From contig NIVC01000618.1 in the NCBI GenBank assembly GCA_002269645.1, positions 445,711-509,710 of the forward strand: a DNA stretch of 64,000 bases. Reading direction: 5' to 3'. The DNA comes from Macrostomum lignano. Lineage: Eukaryota. Shown here piece after piece: positions 1 through 14,000 of this stretch. Each line of letters starts with the position of its first letter. Position 1 is the stretch's first letter. The position numbers and the translations under genes are program-made. Under the pieces are notes generated by a model that worked only from the letters and a program-made list of their open reading frames with translations, was not told the origin of the DNA and ran no database searches.

Positions 1-503
1 GGCTTGTCCCACTGCTACAGCAATCTTGCCGGCTACGGCTACGGCTACGGCTACGGCTACGGCTACGGCTACGGCTACGGCTATGGCAAAAGCTACTAGC
101 CTGGCGCCGCCGCGAGCCAGTCCGGAATTTTCCGACGTCGATCCGTCGAATTCGCCTCGCCGACCGCGATTATTGGCGCTGATGCGCCGGGCATCTGTCA
201 CGGCCGTGGCGGCGGCGGCGGCGGCGGCACCGACAACGACGACTGGCGAAGGTAAAGACGCCGCTGTCGGGACGGCGATGCAGCCGGCTGGCAGTCGGCG
301 ATCCTCGTGGAACAGCTCGTCCGGCGCTACGAACACTTGGCGCCGGCTGACTCTTGGCTTCGACGAGGCAGCCGACTTTTATTGCCTCGCTTCGTCTGCC
401 GGAGACGACGACGGAGGCGAGGGCGAGGCGAAAGCGACGGAAGCTGGGGTTGATGGTGAGCAGCTGCTATGAAGAATGTTAGACTAGTCTGTCCGGCTGT
501 CTC

Positions 504-558
<55 letters not shown>

Positions 559-1343
559 GCCTGTCTGCCTGTCTGTCTTAGTGCCTGTCTGTCTGTCTGC
601 CTGTCTGTCTTAGTGCCTGTCTGTCTGTCTGCCTGTCTGTCTTAGTGCCTGTCTGTCTGCCTGACTGTCTGTCTGTCAGTGTGGGATCAAAGCGCATGCA
701 GCCAAGCGATTCAGAATTCAAGGCCAAATGAGATAAAAGTTGTTTGTATTTACTCGCTTCGGTAAAAAGTGTCGCTTCTTCATTCCCATAAGAGTTCCAA
801 CACGATGCTGTTGAGAATCAAGCCGTGATTTCCCTGGCGGAACCGCCGTCTCTGCCACTGCCGGTACTCCAATTTGGACGAGACGTAAACACACACACAC
901 ACACACACACACGCAGTTTCTTGTCAGTAGATTCAGCAAATTGAGTCAACTTGGCTTGGATTTGGGGGACGGCCTGGGCAAAACGGGAGGAGTTTATTAC
1001 TATGATTGCCACGAGGGCGTTGCTGTTCCTATTTCATATACTTTGCCTGTTGAGGAGCACAGGCGAGGTCGAAAGTAGGAAGAAGTGCGAAAAATTCGAA
1101 AATTGTAGGGGACTGATTCTCCCAAGAGTAGACTGCAAATTGCATTGCTCTCCCTTTAGAGAGTGACTCGAATTGTTCCTGGAGACAGGGTGGGGAGCAA
1201 CTTTTTCTGGCGGCAATGAGAATTGGCGCAACAGAACTCATCAGGGCGCTGCGGGTTGCGTGCAGCCGAACTTTTTGGCTAACAGCTCGCCTGTCAGGAC
1301 AAGGCATCCTCTGTCTGTGTGTCTGTCTGTGTGTCTGTCTGTG

Positions 1344-1374
<31 letters not shown>

Positions 1375-1667
1375 GTGTCTGTCTGTCTGTCTGTCTGTGT
1401 GTCTGTCTGTCTGTCTGTCTGTCTGTCTTAGTGTCTGTGTGTCTGTCTGTGTGTCTGTGTGTCTATCTGTGTGTCTGTCTGTGTGTCTGTCTGTCTGTCT
1501 GTCTGTGTGTCTGTCTGTGTGTCTGTCTGTGTGTCTGTCTGTGTGTCTGTCTGTGTGTCTGTCTGTGTGTCTGTCTGTCTGTGTGTCTGTCTGTGTGTCT
1601 GTCTGTGTGTCTGTCTGTGTGTCTGTCTGTCTGTCTGTCTGTGTGTCTGTCTGTGTGTCTGTCTGTG

Positions 1668-1758
<91 letters not shown>

Positions 1759-1791
1759 GTGTCTGTCTGTGTGTCTGTGTGTCTATCTGTG

Positions 1792-1826
<35 letters not shown>

Positions 1827-1935
1827 GTGTCTGTCTGTGTGTCTGTCTGTGTGTCTGTCTGTGTGTCTGTCTGTGTGTCTGTCTGTGTGTCTGTCTGTGT
1901 GTCTGTCTGTGTGTCTGTCTGTGTGTCTGTCTGTG

Positions 1936-1970
<35 letters not shown>

Positions 1971-2017
1971 GTGTCTGTCTGTGTGTCTGTCTGTCTGTGT
2001 GTCTGTCTGTGTGTCTT

Positions 2018-2066
<49 letters not shown>

Positions 2067-5000
2067 GTGTCTGTCCATCACCTGCAGCACACGCAAACCC
2101 GTGCTCTGGCCGCGCACATTCCAGCCAGTCTCCAGCTGCATCGCCGATCACTGCCAGACGAGGCCGGCCCGAGATCTGAGACGGACGCCCGGAAAAGCGT
2201 GGCCGAATGTGAGCAGCTATAAGTCTTTGGCCGTTTATTTTACTTTTTTTACACCATCCTACTCGTATCTCCCCTATTTCTATCTGAGAAAAGGTTTTGA
2301 GTGAGTAGGCATACTCACTATACCAGTGTTACTGAGCGTGCCAAAAAATTGGTGGCTGTATGCGCTAGCGGCAAGTGCGTGCAGACACATGTATTTGGAG
2401 CTGCTGTAGTGGCCTACATGTATACCGGTAGGGATCGCACACCCAGGATAGAGGGATGGGAAGAGGAATACAAAACAGGGAAAATTGAATAATTCAGTGG
2501 CTTTCGCCATGGCCGCCTCTCTCTGACTGACTGAGAGAGTTACTTTCTTCTCGTGACTAGTCGAAGCTTTTTTCTGCTTTTAAAAGCAGCGTCCCGACCT
2601 CAACACCGCACAGTACCAAGCGTCCAAGGGGTTCACAGGCTGCCTCTCCTGTCAAAGCCTCCGTATCTGGTGTTTGTTCGCCAATTTTCAACATTGCTTC
2701 TCCCTTGCACTTCGTTTGGTTCTCTCAATGTAGCTGTGTAGTCTCCCTTACGCGTCATTATTTGCCTAAACTCTCGTCTGTTCCACAGCCTCACTTGCAA
2801 AGTTTGCATTCATTAAACGGAGCATTGTTTTGTGGTTGAGAAAGGTAAATAAAATTTCGTGTTACATGAAGCTACCATATGTACGCGAGATCGTGAACAG
2901 GTTTCTTGTCGGGCAGCAGACGTGTATTTCCAATTCCCAAGCTTTAATATTATTAATAACTGATGGATTCTTTACGTTCCATTCAACTGCAACTCGAATA
3001 TTATAATAAATTCAAGCAGTACATTGCCAGACAGTAGAAAAAGTCCCTTGAAAAGTGCACTGACTTATGCGCTATGTAGACAGAATTGACGTTGACCGAT
3101 TTTTCTACGGTTTCCAATTGAAGAATAGATGTTTTAGCAGTCTAGAGCAGTCCTGACTTAAAATTGCTCAATATCGCAATAGTTGAGGACTGCTCGCTAC
3201 TTGGTTCCGTTCTTAAGAACCACGGCTCTTAATTTTGGCTGCTGAGCGTGTGTGTTCAACGAACAGCTTGCCAGAGGCTTCCTACTGCAGCCTCAGATAA
3301 CAATTCGTCCCCCTCCGTTCATTCAACCTGTTTCAGTTCTCTGGGATCGGATGCGGCTGGCGGTGAAGCGGCTGGTTAAGCACCGGTTCTTTCAGCGCGG
3401 CATCCTGTTTGCCATCCTTATCAACACGCTCAGTATGGGCATTGAGTACCACGATCAGGTGCGTTGCAAGGAGCTTTAGTTCAGAAACATAAGCAAGGGT
3501 ATGAAAACAGTTAGATTACCGCGCACCTCTTATTATACATTATACATTAATATATTTTGTTTGTAGTCGCAGGTAGAAGAGAATGGGACTACAGAGTGGG
3601 CAAAACACTTCTCCTGGGTCAGTTCACACGGCATGTCTGGACACGAGTAGACATGGGGATTAGAAGTAAAGAATGCAACGCATGTAGCAGATTCGATGTG
3701 AAAAGAAGCTCGTGGCAAACCTTATTAAAGTCCCAAAAAATCTTTAGCTGATCGACGAGCGTATGTTAATCCAAGTTTATTGCTTCGAAGTGTCTTCTGT
3801 GGCTTAAGAAACCATGGTTGTTTGAATCCATTCACGCATATGGTGTAAACTTCTCAACCAAGAGCTACAACGAGGATACTTGAAGATACTTGAAGCCGAT
3901 TGCCATATAGCATATGCAACATACTTAATAGCACATTCAATTCTTGCAGCCTAAACAACTGACGGACATCATTGAATACAGCAATATAGTATTCTGCGTC
4001 ATATTCGGTCTGGAAATGGTGCTCAAGCTCACTGCCGAAGGCCCACTGCTCTACATTAGCAGCGGGTTTAACGTGTTTGACGCGGTCATTGTCATTCTCA
4101 GGTGAGGCGGGTCTACTGCTCTCAAACACACACGGTTATATCGTAATAATCGTACAGAATTAACCAGATATCAATTGGCACCTTTTGCTTGCATACTCCA
4201 TCCAGCATCTTTGAGCTGATGCAAGGCCACAGCAGCGGCCTGTCTGTGCTGCGCACCTTTCGGTTGCTGCGGATTCTCAAGCTGGTCCGGTTCCTGCCGG
4301 CGCTCCGGCAGCAGCTATTTGTCATGCTCAAAACCATGGACAATGTGGCCACCTTCTTTGCACTGCTTGTTCTCTTCATATTCATTTTCAGGTTAGTGCG
4401 CGCAAGCCTCATTGTGACGAATGTAAAATTTACTGAACTCAATTTTGTCTGTAGTCGTGCACGAATCGATTTTTTAAAGCTTTTTCTTATTTTCAAGGCT
4501 GAAGAGAAACGGGTAATTATCGTAGTATTGTTGGGTCCAACAATCTCGCCTTGCACGAGGTTGGGCTCCTGGCTTACCTGAGCTCAGGCACGGAGACAGT
4601 CCCAGACTTATTGCCACACGTCGCAGCTGTTTTAGTAGGGTATTTTTATCTACTCTCGCTATATTCAGGTGAAGAGGTCCGACGGGACGAGAGTTCACTT
4701 TGAACACTCATACATGTATTGATGTGCACGTGCAAGCAATGTGCTTAGACCCAATTCTCAATAGTTTTAATGAAGGTCTTGGACACTTGAGTCATGTCCA
4801 TACTGCTCTTGTTTCAGCGACTTGGGGATTGTTAGTCAGGTATTGTTCTGCACAATTGACTATTGTATTACAACAGACTGCACAACTGAAAGCAGAGGCA
4901 CTGAGCCTTGAAGCTCTGTAATGCATGTCTCAATGCAGCTGCTTTTAGTGCCTTGGTGGGTTCTCTATTGGTAGCATTTGCTGTTTTTATTGGGATTTGG

Positions 5001-8000
5001 CCCAATCGTCCTTTTTTCTAAAGCTTCTTTCTCTCTCAAGTACTTTAAATCAGAGCTTAAACTTTCCAGCGTACTTGGAATGACATTATTTGGTGGCAAA
5101 TTCTGCTGGCACCCAGACGGCACCACTTGCACCTGCGCTGAGCGAGCAGATCCAAACGGAGACTGCACCTGCGACCGGGCCAACTTCGACACTATCATGT
5201 GGTCGTTGGTGACAGTTTTTCAGGTGATTGGCTCTTTAATGATTTTCAAATCGCTTTCTTATCGACTCCTGTTGTCCACGCATATGGGGGTGCTCTGTAA
5301 ACCTTTTCACTGTAAAATCTTTCTACTTCATTTTGTTTTGATTATTTGGCCAATATACTATGCTAGCCTTGAAACTTCTGCTCAACAGTGTAACTTTGAA
5401 AACCCCAGGAAGCAGGGGCGTCGCCATGGATTTTATGGTGGGGGGGGGGCAAAGACAAGAATTCAACATGCACATGTACAGGACTAAAATCCTAAATTTC
5501 CATTATTTTAAGAATCGTGTTGTCAGCGCTCATTTAGGCGCCGCAGGCACCCATTTTGGAACCGCAGGCATTTATTTTAGCGCTGACGGTATTCCTTTTA
5601 GCGCTGACGGTATTCCTTTTAGCGCCGACGGTATTCCTTTTAGCGCCGACGGTATTCCTTTTAGCGCCGACGGTATTCCTTTTAGCGCCGACGGTATTCC
5701 TTTTAGCGTCGACGGTATTCCTTTTAGCGCCGATGGTATTCCTTTTAGCGCCGACGGTATTCCTTTTAGCGCCGACGGTATTCCTTTTAGCGCTGACGGT
5801 ATTCCTTTTAGCGCCGACGGTATTCCTTTTAGCGCCGACGGTATTCCTTTTAGCGCCGACGGTATTCCTTTTAGCGCTGACGGTATTCCTTTTAGCGCCG
5901 ACGGTATTCCTTTTAGCGCCGACGGTATTCCTTTTAGCGCCGACGGTATTCCTTTTAGCGCCGACGGTATTCCTTTTAGCGCCGACGGTATTCCTTTTAG
6001 CGCCGATGGTATTCCTTTTAGCGCCGACGGTATTCCTTTTAGCGCCGACGGTATTCCTTTTAGCGCTGACGGTATTCCTTTTAGCGCCGACGGTATTCCT
6101 TTTAGCGCCGACGGTATTCCTTTTAGCGCCGACAGTATTCCTTTTAGCGCCGATGGTATTCCTTTTAGCGCCGACGGTATTCCTTTTAGCGCTGACGGTA
6201 TTCCTTTTAGCGCCGACGGTATTCCTTTTAGCGCCGACGGTATTCCTTTTAGCGCCGACGGTATTCCTTTTAGCGCCGACGGTATTCCTTTTAGCGCCGA
6301 CGGTATTCCTTTTAGCGCCGACGGTATTCCTTTTAGCGCCGACGGTATTCCTTTTAGCGCCGACGGTATTCCTTTTAGCGCCGACGTTAATTCTTTTAGC
6401 GCTGACGGTATTCCTTTTAGCGCTGACGGTATTCCTTTTAGCGCCCTGAAGAAAAATTATTGATTACCACAACGGTTTACAAGGTGGGATGGGGGACAAA
6501 CCATTAAAATGTCCCCCCCCATAGCTTTTACTGAGGCGACATGTTCCCCCTGTCCCCCCTGTTGGCGACGCGCCTGATAGGAAGAACAACACCTGATGCT
6601 CACATCGAACAGCTCCCTGTCTCTGAACAGCCTACGCACTACTGTTCTCAAACTCCATTAACTTCAGATTCTCACCCAGGAGGACTGGAACACGGTGCTG
6701 TACAATGGCATGGCCAGAACGTCCCCCTGGGCTGCTCTGTACTTCATTGCTTTGATGACGTTCGGCAACTACGTACTGTTTAATTTGTTGGTTGCCATCC
6801 TGGTTGAAGGCTTCTCCAGCGAGGTAAGCTATGAAAATTCAAATTTTGATCAAACACAATGTTTGATTGCTGGCTTGCAAATAAATGTAGCCCTCAGTGA
6901 CACACCGCCTTTGATGAGGCCAGAAAATTCTGCATGTACAGTCACTCCTTCCACAGTGCTTGCAGTGGTCGGCCTTCAAGCTGACTTTGGAAGATTTTAC
7001 AACCCAAAATAGATTAATGCAATATTGAGTCAAGGTTATGTGGCATACACACTTGGTAGACAGATTATATGTAAGATTAAAAGGTAAATCAGGTAAAATA
7101 TAATTTTTTTGGATATTTCGAGCTAGGAGCATAAAGTATACTACTATATTAGAAAAAAATCTGTGTACATAGTCAGTTCCTCCGCAGAAGACACTTGCAC
7201 GAATATAGAATGCATGATACTGACTTTAGTTTATTGTGTTTTAATTCCCGATTGGCTCGTATCGTACTACTAGTAATTAGTAGTGAAGAGGAGTTTCTGA
7301 AGCAGACAGTCTATTTAAACGCCGCATTTAATTCAGAGAAAATACTATATCATGGAGAAATACCGACTTCAAAAGGTAATGTTTTGCTCTACAATAATCT
7401 CGGTCTCTATTTATTTCTATATTACTTATAGTACAATACGAGGCCAACTCCTCCTCTAGAGGAGAAAGGGGAAGAACTCCCATCACCGGAATTCCATTCC
7501 CTGAAATCCATCAGCTGAAATTCCATGACTTGAATCCCATCTTCCAAATCATCTCCAAATCCTCTGTAAAGCCTTTCAAATACCATATCTTGTTTTCCCT
7601 GTTCGCAAAAACTGACTGCCATTGTCCAGACTCAGATTCTTCTGTCTCCTCTCTTCTCTTTTCTCTCCTCTCACGTCTCTCATCTCATCACCTTATTTAT
7701 CTCTTCTCCCTCGTCTTTCGTCTTTCTCTTCTGTCTCCTTTATCCCCTGTTTTCTCCTCTCTCCTCTCTCCTCTCTTCTCTCCTCTCTCATCTCTCATCC
7801 CTCATGCCTCATCTCACTATTTCTTTCTCCTCTACTCTCAGCTCCTCTCTTCTCTCTCCTCTCATCTCTCCTGTCTCCCTCTGCTATCTCATATATTCCC
7901 TCTCATCTCCTCTCTCCTCTTTTCTTCTCTCTCCCTCTTCGTTCCCGCCTTACTCCCCTCTTCTCTCCCATCTGTCATGTCTAATCTGTCCTCTCTCATC

Positions 8001-11000
8001 TCTACTCTCTTTTCTATAATCTCTTCTCTCTTCTCTTTTCACTCTTCTCTTTACTCTCTTTACTGACTGACTGAAGATACCAAATCCATCAAAATCCCTC
8101 CGTGAAACAGAAATCCTCTCCGCGAAACAGAAATCCTCTCCGTGAAACTGGGCTCCATGGAAATCCTCTGAGTGAAACTGACATCCATCAAAATCGTCTC
8201 CGTAAAACAGAAATACATCTAAATTCTCTCCACGAAAAATAAATCCTCTCCGTGAAACCGAAAACCATCAGAATACTCCGTGAAACTGGACTCAATCGAA
8301 ATTTTCTCTGTCAAAAAGAACTTAACTTTCAGAATTCATTGGTTAGGGTTAGGGTTCGAGCTGCACAGAGCTGCGTGTTGAATTAATTGAATCAATTAAT
8401 TGCGCAAACCATTTCTCAGTCAGACAGTATCAGTCTTATTTAAAGTTAAATAAACAGTTGCGCAATCTAAATCAACCCTCCAATACACAGCAGCAGTGAG
8501 AAGTTGAACCCTCCCCCAACTTTATCTATTACGTCTCGCAAAACTAAGTACAATCTTTGCAGAAAGTTAAAAGTATGAAAATAGTTTTTCAAATGCTGTG
8601 CTTTTTCTTTTCATATATAAAGCAAACAACTTATATCCCCAAACTCAGCGTTGCAAGATCTTTCCAGCAATATAAGTCTCTCCTCTCAAAGTTTAAAACT
8701 CGAGGAACAGTTAGCGTTTGAAATTTACCGATTTCCCGACTGCTTGCTAGAGAAGCTCGCAAGTTTATTCATTGAATTTCACTGCCAAACTAATACACAG
8801 GGCTGCCAATAATAAAACCAAATGAATCTCGACACAGTCTATCTATTTACACTGTACAACTGCTATGTACACTCAGCCCAAGCCCAACCCCCCAGTCTGG
8901 GGGAATCATTAAATTGAACTTAACCCCCCAACACGCGGGGGGTTTTATTTGCATTGAACGCAGAACACGCGCACCCACCACCCCTCAATACACAGCGGCC
9001 CGCGGGCGGAGGTTGGGGTGGCTATTTTTACAAACTGGCTGAAGCCCCAGGCAGAGTGACCAAAGAAGGTTATTGGGGGTTAAAAAAGCAGTTTTCTGCT
9101 TTTTTAGGGATGTTAAAATGTGAAAATTAAAAATTAAAATAGCCTAAAGCCTGCTCCGGAAAATTTGCAGTTTTCCCATATAAGTTTCGACGTTGACTTG
9201 GCAGAATTGTAGGAGTTCACTTGCTACATACAGACAGACAGACATACAGACAGACAAACATCGCGTCGGTTTTAGTATTAGGATTCTAACGCTGTGCTAT
9301 CAGAGCTTTCTTTTTGTTGTAAAGAGCTGTGATAGCTGCAGCTGTACAGTCTACCGCAACAGATACTTGAGCCTATCTTTGATATTCAAGACTATTCTAT
9401 CACTTTTCTTCTTAGCCATTTAGACTCTACCTGTGGAAACAGGGCCGTTTCTGTTGTGCCGGGACGTTGCATGCGCGCTTTTTATCAACTCATGACGAGC
9501 CATCTATGCTATTGTACCATGCTTTGTAATTGTTTTTTCTTCTGACCTAATTGTTTTCCGAATATTTTGCCATTGTATCGGGAAAGGAAGTGTACAGACA
9601 GACAACACTTTTATTTGGGGAATATTCCTCAGGTGGTTGTCTAACATACATGCTGCTTACTGAAGAGTTCTGATCCTGCACTGGAGACGGGAGTTTTTGA
9701 AGGTGGAATTTCAACAATTTGCAGAAGGCAGCAAACTCAGCTCGAGGCTCCATCAATGATAATGATTGCTCGGAATCGTCTCAGTCGGACTCAGACAGCT
9801 CAACTTCATCGCATCGCTGTCAGAAGCAGCACCAGCAGCAACAAAATTTTCGACAGGCAAAACTAAGTGAGTGGGACACTGAAGCAAAATTGGGTTGACT
9901 CTGTAATCAAAATCGCATTCAGTAGGCTTTCTCTAAAAACACTGACTCAATAAAAGTCAGTTTTATTAAGTGGGAAGTTTTGACACCATATCTTAGCTCG
10001 GATCATTCGACTTCTCGGATCTATAATACTAATAATAATAATAATTGATTACACCTGCTTAAATTGGCGGATGTGCAACCGACCGCAGCTATTGCGCGGC
10101 GCATCTGAAGGCTGCGTACGGCTGTACAGTCTAAGGACTGGGGGGGTCGCCACACACACCCTAATGCTGGCACCCATTTAACAGCTGGGTGAACTGAAGC
10201 AATACAGAGTCAAGTGGCCTTGCTCAAGGACACAAATTGTTCCAGTGGAATCGGGAATCGAACCCCCGACCTTCAAGTCGTGAGTCCGACGCTCCAACCA
10301 CTAGGCTACAACCCCCGGATCTATAAGAGTATCCGATGACAGTGTCAACTCTATCAGTGCTCAAACGCCTGCAGCCTGCTATAATACAAATTTTCTTCAC
10401 CATCAGAGTGCCTGCCGCCTCGCGAGGCACCCGCAGCCGCTGGCAGCGCCCTCATCCCGCCGATCATCACGCACACGGCGGCCACTCCGCAGCCGACGCC
10501 GCAGGGCAGTCCGGCCAACGAGGGAACAACCAAAGGTGGCAGCGATAGCAGCCCTATCAAGGGTGACCAGCTGAAAACAGCATTCGATACAGCTTTTCAT
10601 TACAGCTCGTCTAGCATAGACACCATCGACAGGTCTCTATCCGTAAGTATGACAGAAGAAACAGCCATTTAGTAACAGTCTCTCTGTACAGACAGTTACA
10701 TGTCTCGCATTGCTCAACTGTTCAAACGCAGGCCACAGATCCAACTGGGCAGCAGGTGCTTTCGGCACGGTCTGATTCTCCAGGCGGATGCAGCAATGCT
10801 AACAGGTGAGCACAGTGGCTGGAAAAGTAACAAACTGGTTCTGTGTAGATCGCTATCAAGTTCTAAACCATTATTTTCTAATGAAGATTTCAACATTTTT
10901 AAGCTCTTTGGCTCTTACCGTTTAATTTTTATGTCTTACATTGTAGTGTAAATTTAATGCGTTTAACGCGAACCACGGATACTAGAATAACTAGATGTGC

Positions 11001-14000
11001 CACTCAGCACATTTGCGTGCAAACTACTTTCAGTTCGGTAGTAAGTTAAACAGAAGTTTTAATGTATTTTTAAAGCCAAAGCTCATTTTATTGGCTCTTA
11101 CCTCCAGTTTAAAGTTTAAACCCCCCAAGCGCGCCTTTCCACATTACCCCCTCGCCCACCCCAATTTTTATTGCCCTTCTCGGAATTCCAGCCTAAAGCT
11201 GCCATGTACATTTCAGTGGACTGGCTAATGTACATTATCGCTGAACCAATTAGCAAGTTGTTTGCGCCTGCTGGCTTGGGATTCTAAACTTATCAAAGTC
11301 GTTTTAGCTGCCTTAATTTTTATAAAATAGCTTATGTATTCTTCTTTGCTACTGAACTGAAAGTAGAAAGCAGTTATTATTTTTTTTATTAGAGGCAGGG
11401 GGGTTGTGTGCACCCTGGCGCACTTTAAGCGACATAGGCACACAACCGGCGAGAGGCATTGCTGCCCATTCCGCCGACTCCCCTGAGCAGGCATACAAGC
11501 GCGCGGATGCGTACGCAGGCACACACTCACACTGGAGTGTACAGCGGCCTTAACTTTATTTTTTCGTTAGGTATGTACACTTCACTGCGCCTTGGGGGGT
11601 TGGCTCTCAAGGCCGTTAATTGCACGAGCAGAGCCAAGCCGAGATTCCAATTCAGCCCCACATTAATGTGACTGCACTTGGAATCGAGCCTGGGTCGCTG
11701 GCACACCAGAGCCTGCGCTACCGCTGGGCTACGGCCCCTTAGAAAGCGTTTTTATTAAGTATTTATGCCTGAGTGGCCATCTAGTTATTTTAAAGAGACC
11801 TGTGACGCGAACTAATAAATAAAGGCAAGAGAACTCTGATCGCTTTCACAACATTGAAATTTACAACGTTGAGCCAATCAAGCTAAATAAATCCTGAATT
11901 TCACTACATTGAAAAAGTGAGCTGTCGGCCTCTTTCACTTTCATTAACCTTTCTTTATCAATAAAGCTATCAATTATCAATATATCAGCGTTATAACTTG
12001 GACTTCAAATCCTCGATAAATGAATTATACAAGTGTGTATATAGATAATCATGTTGAGTCACTGGACTATGGTTGACCACAAAAGTCTCTCTGACCCAGA
12101 TGCTTCACTTTAATCCAGTCCTACCAGCCAATCAAGCGGCGGGACGCTGGCAGCGTTCGCTTCATTCGACTGGGGCGAGCAGTGCGCCTCGTGCTCGCTT
12201 GGCTGGCTGGGGCCCGGCGGACACTCGCACAGGTCAGCAGTCGCTAGCGGGCAAAATGCTTCAAGTGCTACTCGTAACCAGCGCCCGTCACTTTAGTCCT
12301 GACCCGCAGCCAATCACCGGAATGCACTTTATTCTCGCAAGCAAATCTCAACGTAGCTTATGCTTGATAGCAGTTAAAAGTTACATACTAGCCAAACGAA
12401 AAATACACACAAAAACGGGAGAGAGGCTTGGAAAATGAAACTTTTTTGGTTTGAAAATTCACATTAAATGGGCTTTCTAGTTGACCTTCTGAAAAGCGTT
12501 GTCACATCCACTCTAACTGGTGCTTATCCATTAAAAATGTGACTTATATTCATTCAAATTTGTTCTGTTGCTTTCAGTTTAAATTGGCGCGTATCACATG
12601 TATTTAACAAACGCTTCACTTCTCCACCGCACCACCGCACCACCGTATCGTCGTGACTGCACCTGATAATTTGAGTGGAGGCTAACCATCTAGCATTAAA
12701 ATAATCTACCCTTTCGTGTAAATTTTCAATTTATGGGTGTAAATTTTACTTTGCCATAATTTTTTGGTTCAACCGACTCTCAACAGCATAATTTTACTAA
12801 AATATTTTAGTACGAGATTTTATGTCTAGAATCGTTACTGCGTTTAACCAAATTTATTCTCAAAAAAAGTTCTTGCTTATCAAAATGCAGTTAATAAAAG
12901 GTAATCGATGAAGACAGGGTTGAAAGGGTTAGACTGAGCACCTGGCCGAACTCAAAATCAATATAACTGGAACTTTCTCCACAGTGATTTCGAGCTAAAG
13001 TTCAAAACTTCATTGAACCGCCGACTGTCCTCATTAACAGCTGCAACGGCCATCTGTCAGCTCGAGCACCTGCAGCCGATCTACTCGGTCGTAACGGTCG
13101 CATCTTCCGCCCGGTAGCAGACACCCAGGCTGATACCACTGCCGTCGCCGCGGACGCCTCCGCTGTTGCCACCGCAGCAGTTTCCGCGGCCTGCGGAGCA
13201 ATCGGTGTCTCACCTCGCAGTAGTCGCGGCAGCATCGGAATCAGCGTCGGCGGCTGCCGCAGTCACCGGACCGTGACGCCGCAGAACTCAATTAGCAGCT
13301 GCAAAGACACCATGGGACACGCCTGGGTGAAGGACGGCGGCAAGGAATGTCAGCTGGGAGGTCGCGGACAGCAGTCAAGAAGGGTGAGTTGCAGGTCTAC
13401 TGGTTTTTTCATTGATAAATTGTCGGTAACACTTTTGTTTCGTAGTACGCAGGGCCAAAATTTTACTAAACATTATGCTGTACTTAAAAACCAATCTCAG
13501 AGTCGGTTCTGCCTGGCCAAACTGTTGCCGAAGCCGCACGGCTGCTTCCAGGATAGGCGGGACTATGCCCTGTACTTGCTGCATCCGGAGAACAGGTTTG
13601 AATACGTTTGCTAGCAAGCTATTCCATTTTGCATTAAACACCTAGCCGAAAGACGTCTCGTATTTGTTTTCCACAAATATCAAATTTGCAGATTTCGCGT
13701 CCTCTGCCAGACAATGATTTCTAAGAAATGTTTCGACTATACGGTTCTGTTCTTCATCGCTCTCAACTGCATCACTCTGGCCATGGAACGACCATCGATA
13801 CCTCCTGATAGCATCGTGAGGCAACACCCTTTTTAGTAGTACTAGTTAAATAAGGGAGTCGCTCTGAATTGAGTAAAGGCAATTTTACACCAGAACAGCC
13901 CCGCTCCACAGTCAGGTAGTGGAGTTCCCAGCCACATCATCCATCTGGCTTCTCTTAACAAAAGATAAATTTCTACTTTATGATATCTCATTAAATCACG

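Noticed and set aside
1173-2304. Long ORFs (CLSV/TDRQ repeats) in several frames
   Set aside because: Translations of the (TGTC)n microsatellite; only 2088-2208 fits a spliced exon.
5575-6445. CRISPR-like appearance of the regular 21-bp (and 20-bp at 20551) arrays
   Set aside because: No unique spacers, no cas genes, eukaryotic context.
5360-6463. 367-aa (FSADGIP)n and 297-aa (VFLLAPT)n ORFs
   Set aside because: Artefact of a stop-free 21-bp repeat inside a Cav3 intron; no unique domain.
8338-9290. Possible Helitron/Helentron-type element (GGTTAGGGTTAGGG start, (CAGA)n, ...GTATTAGGAT end)
   Set aside because: Only loose resemblance; no second copy in the window to define the ends.
10250-10316. 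tRNA gene-like sequences (also ~11680-11738 and 45774-45840)
   Set aside because: SINE heads followed by SINE bodies and tails; no complete cloverleaf.
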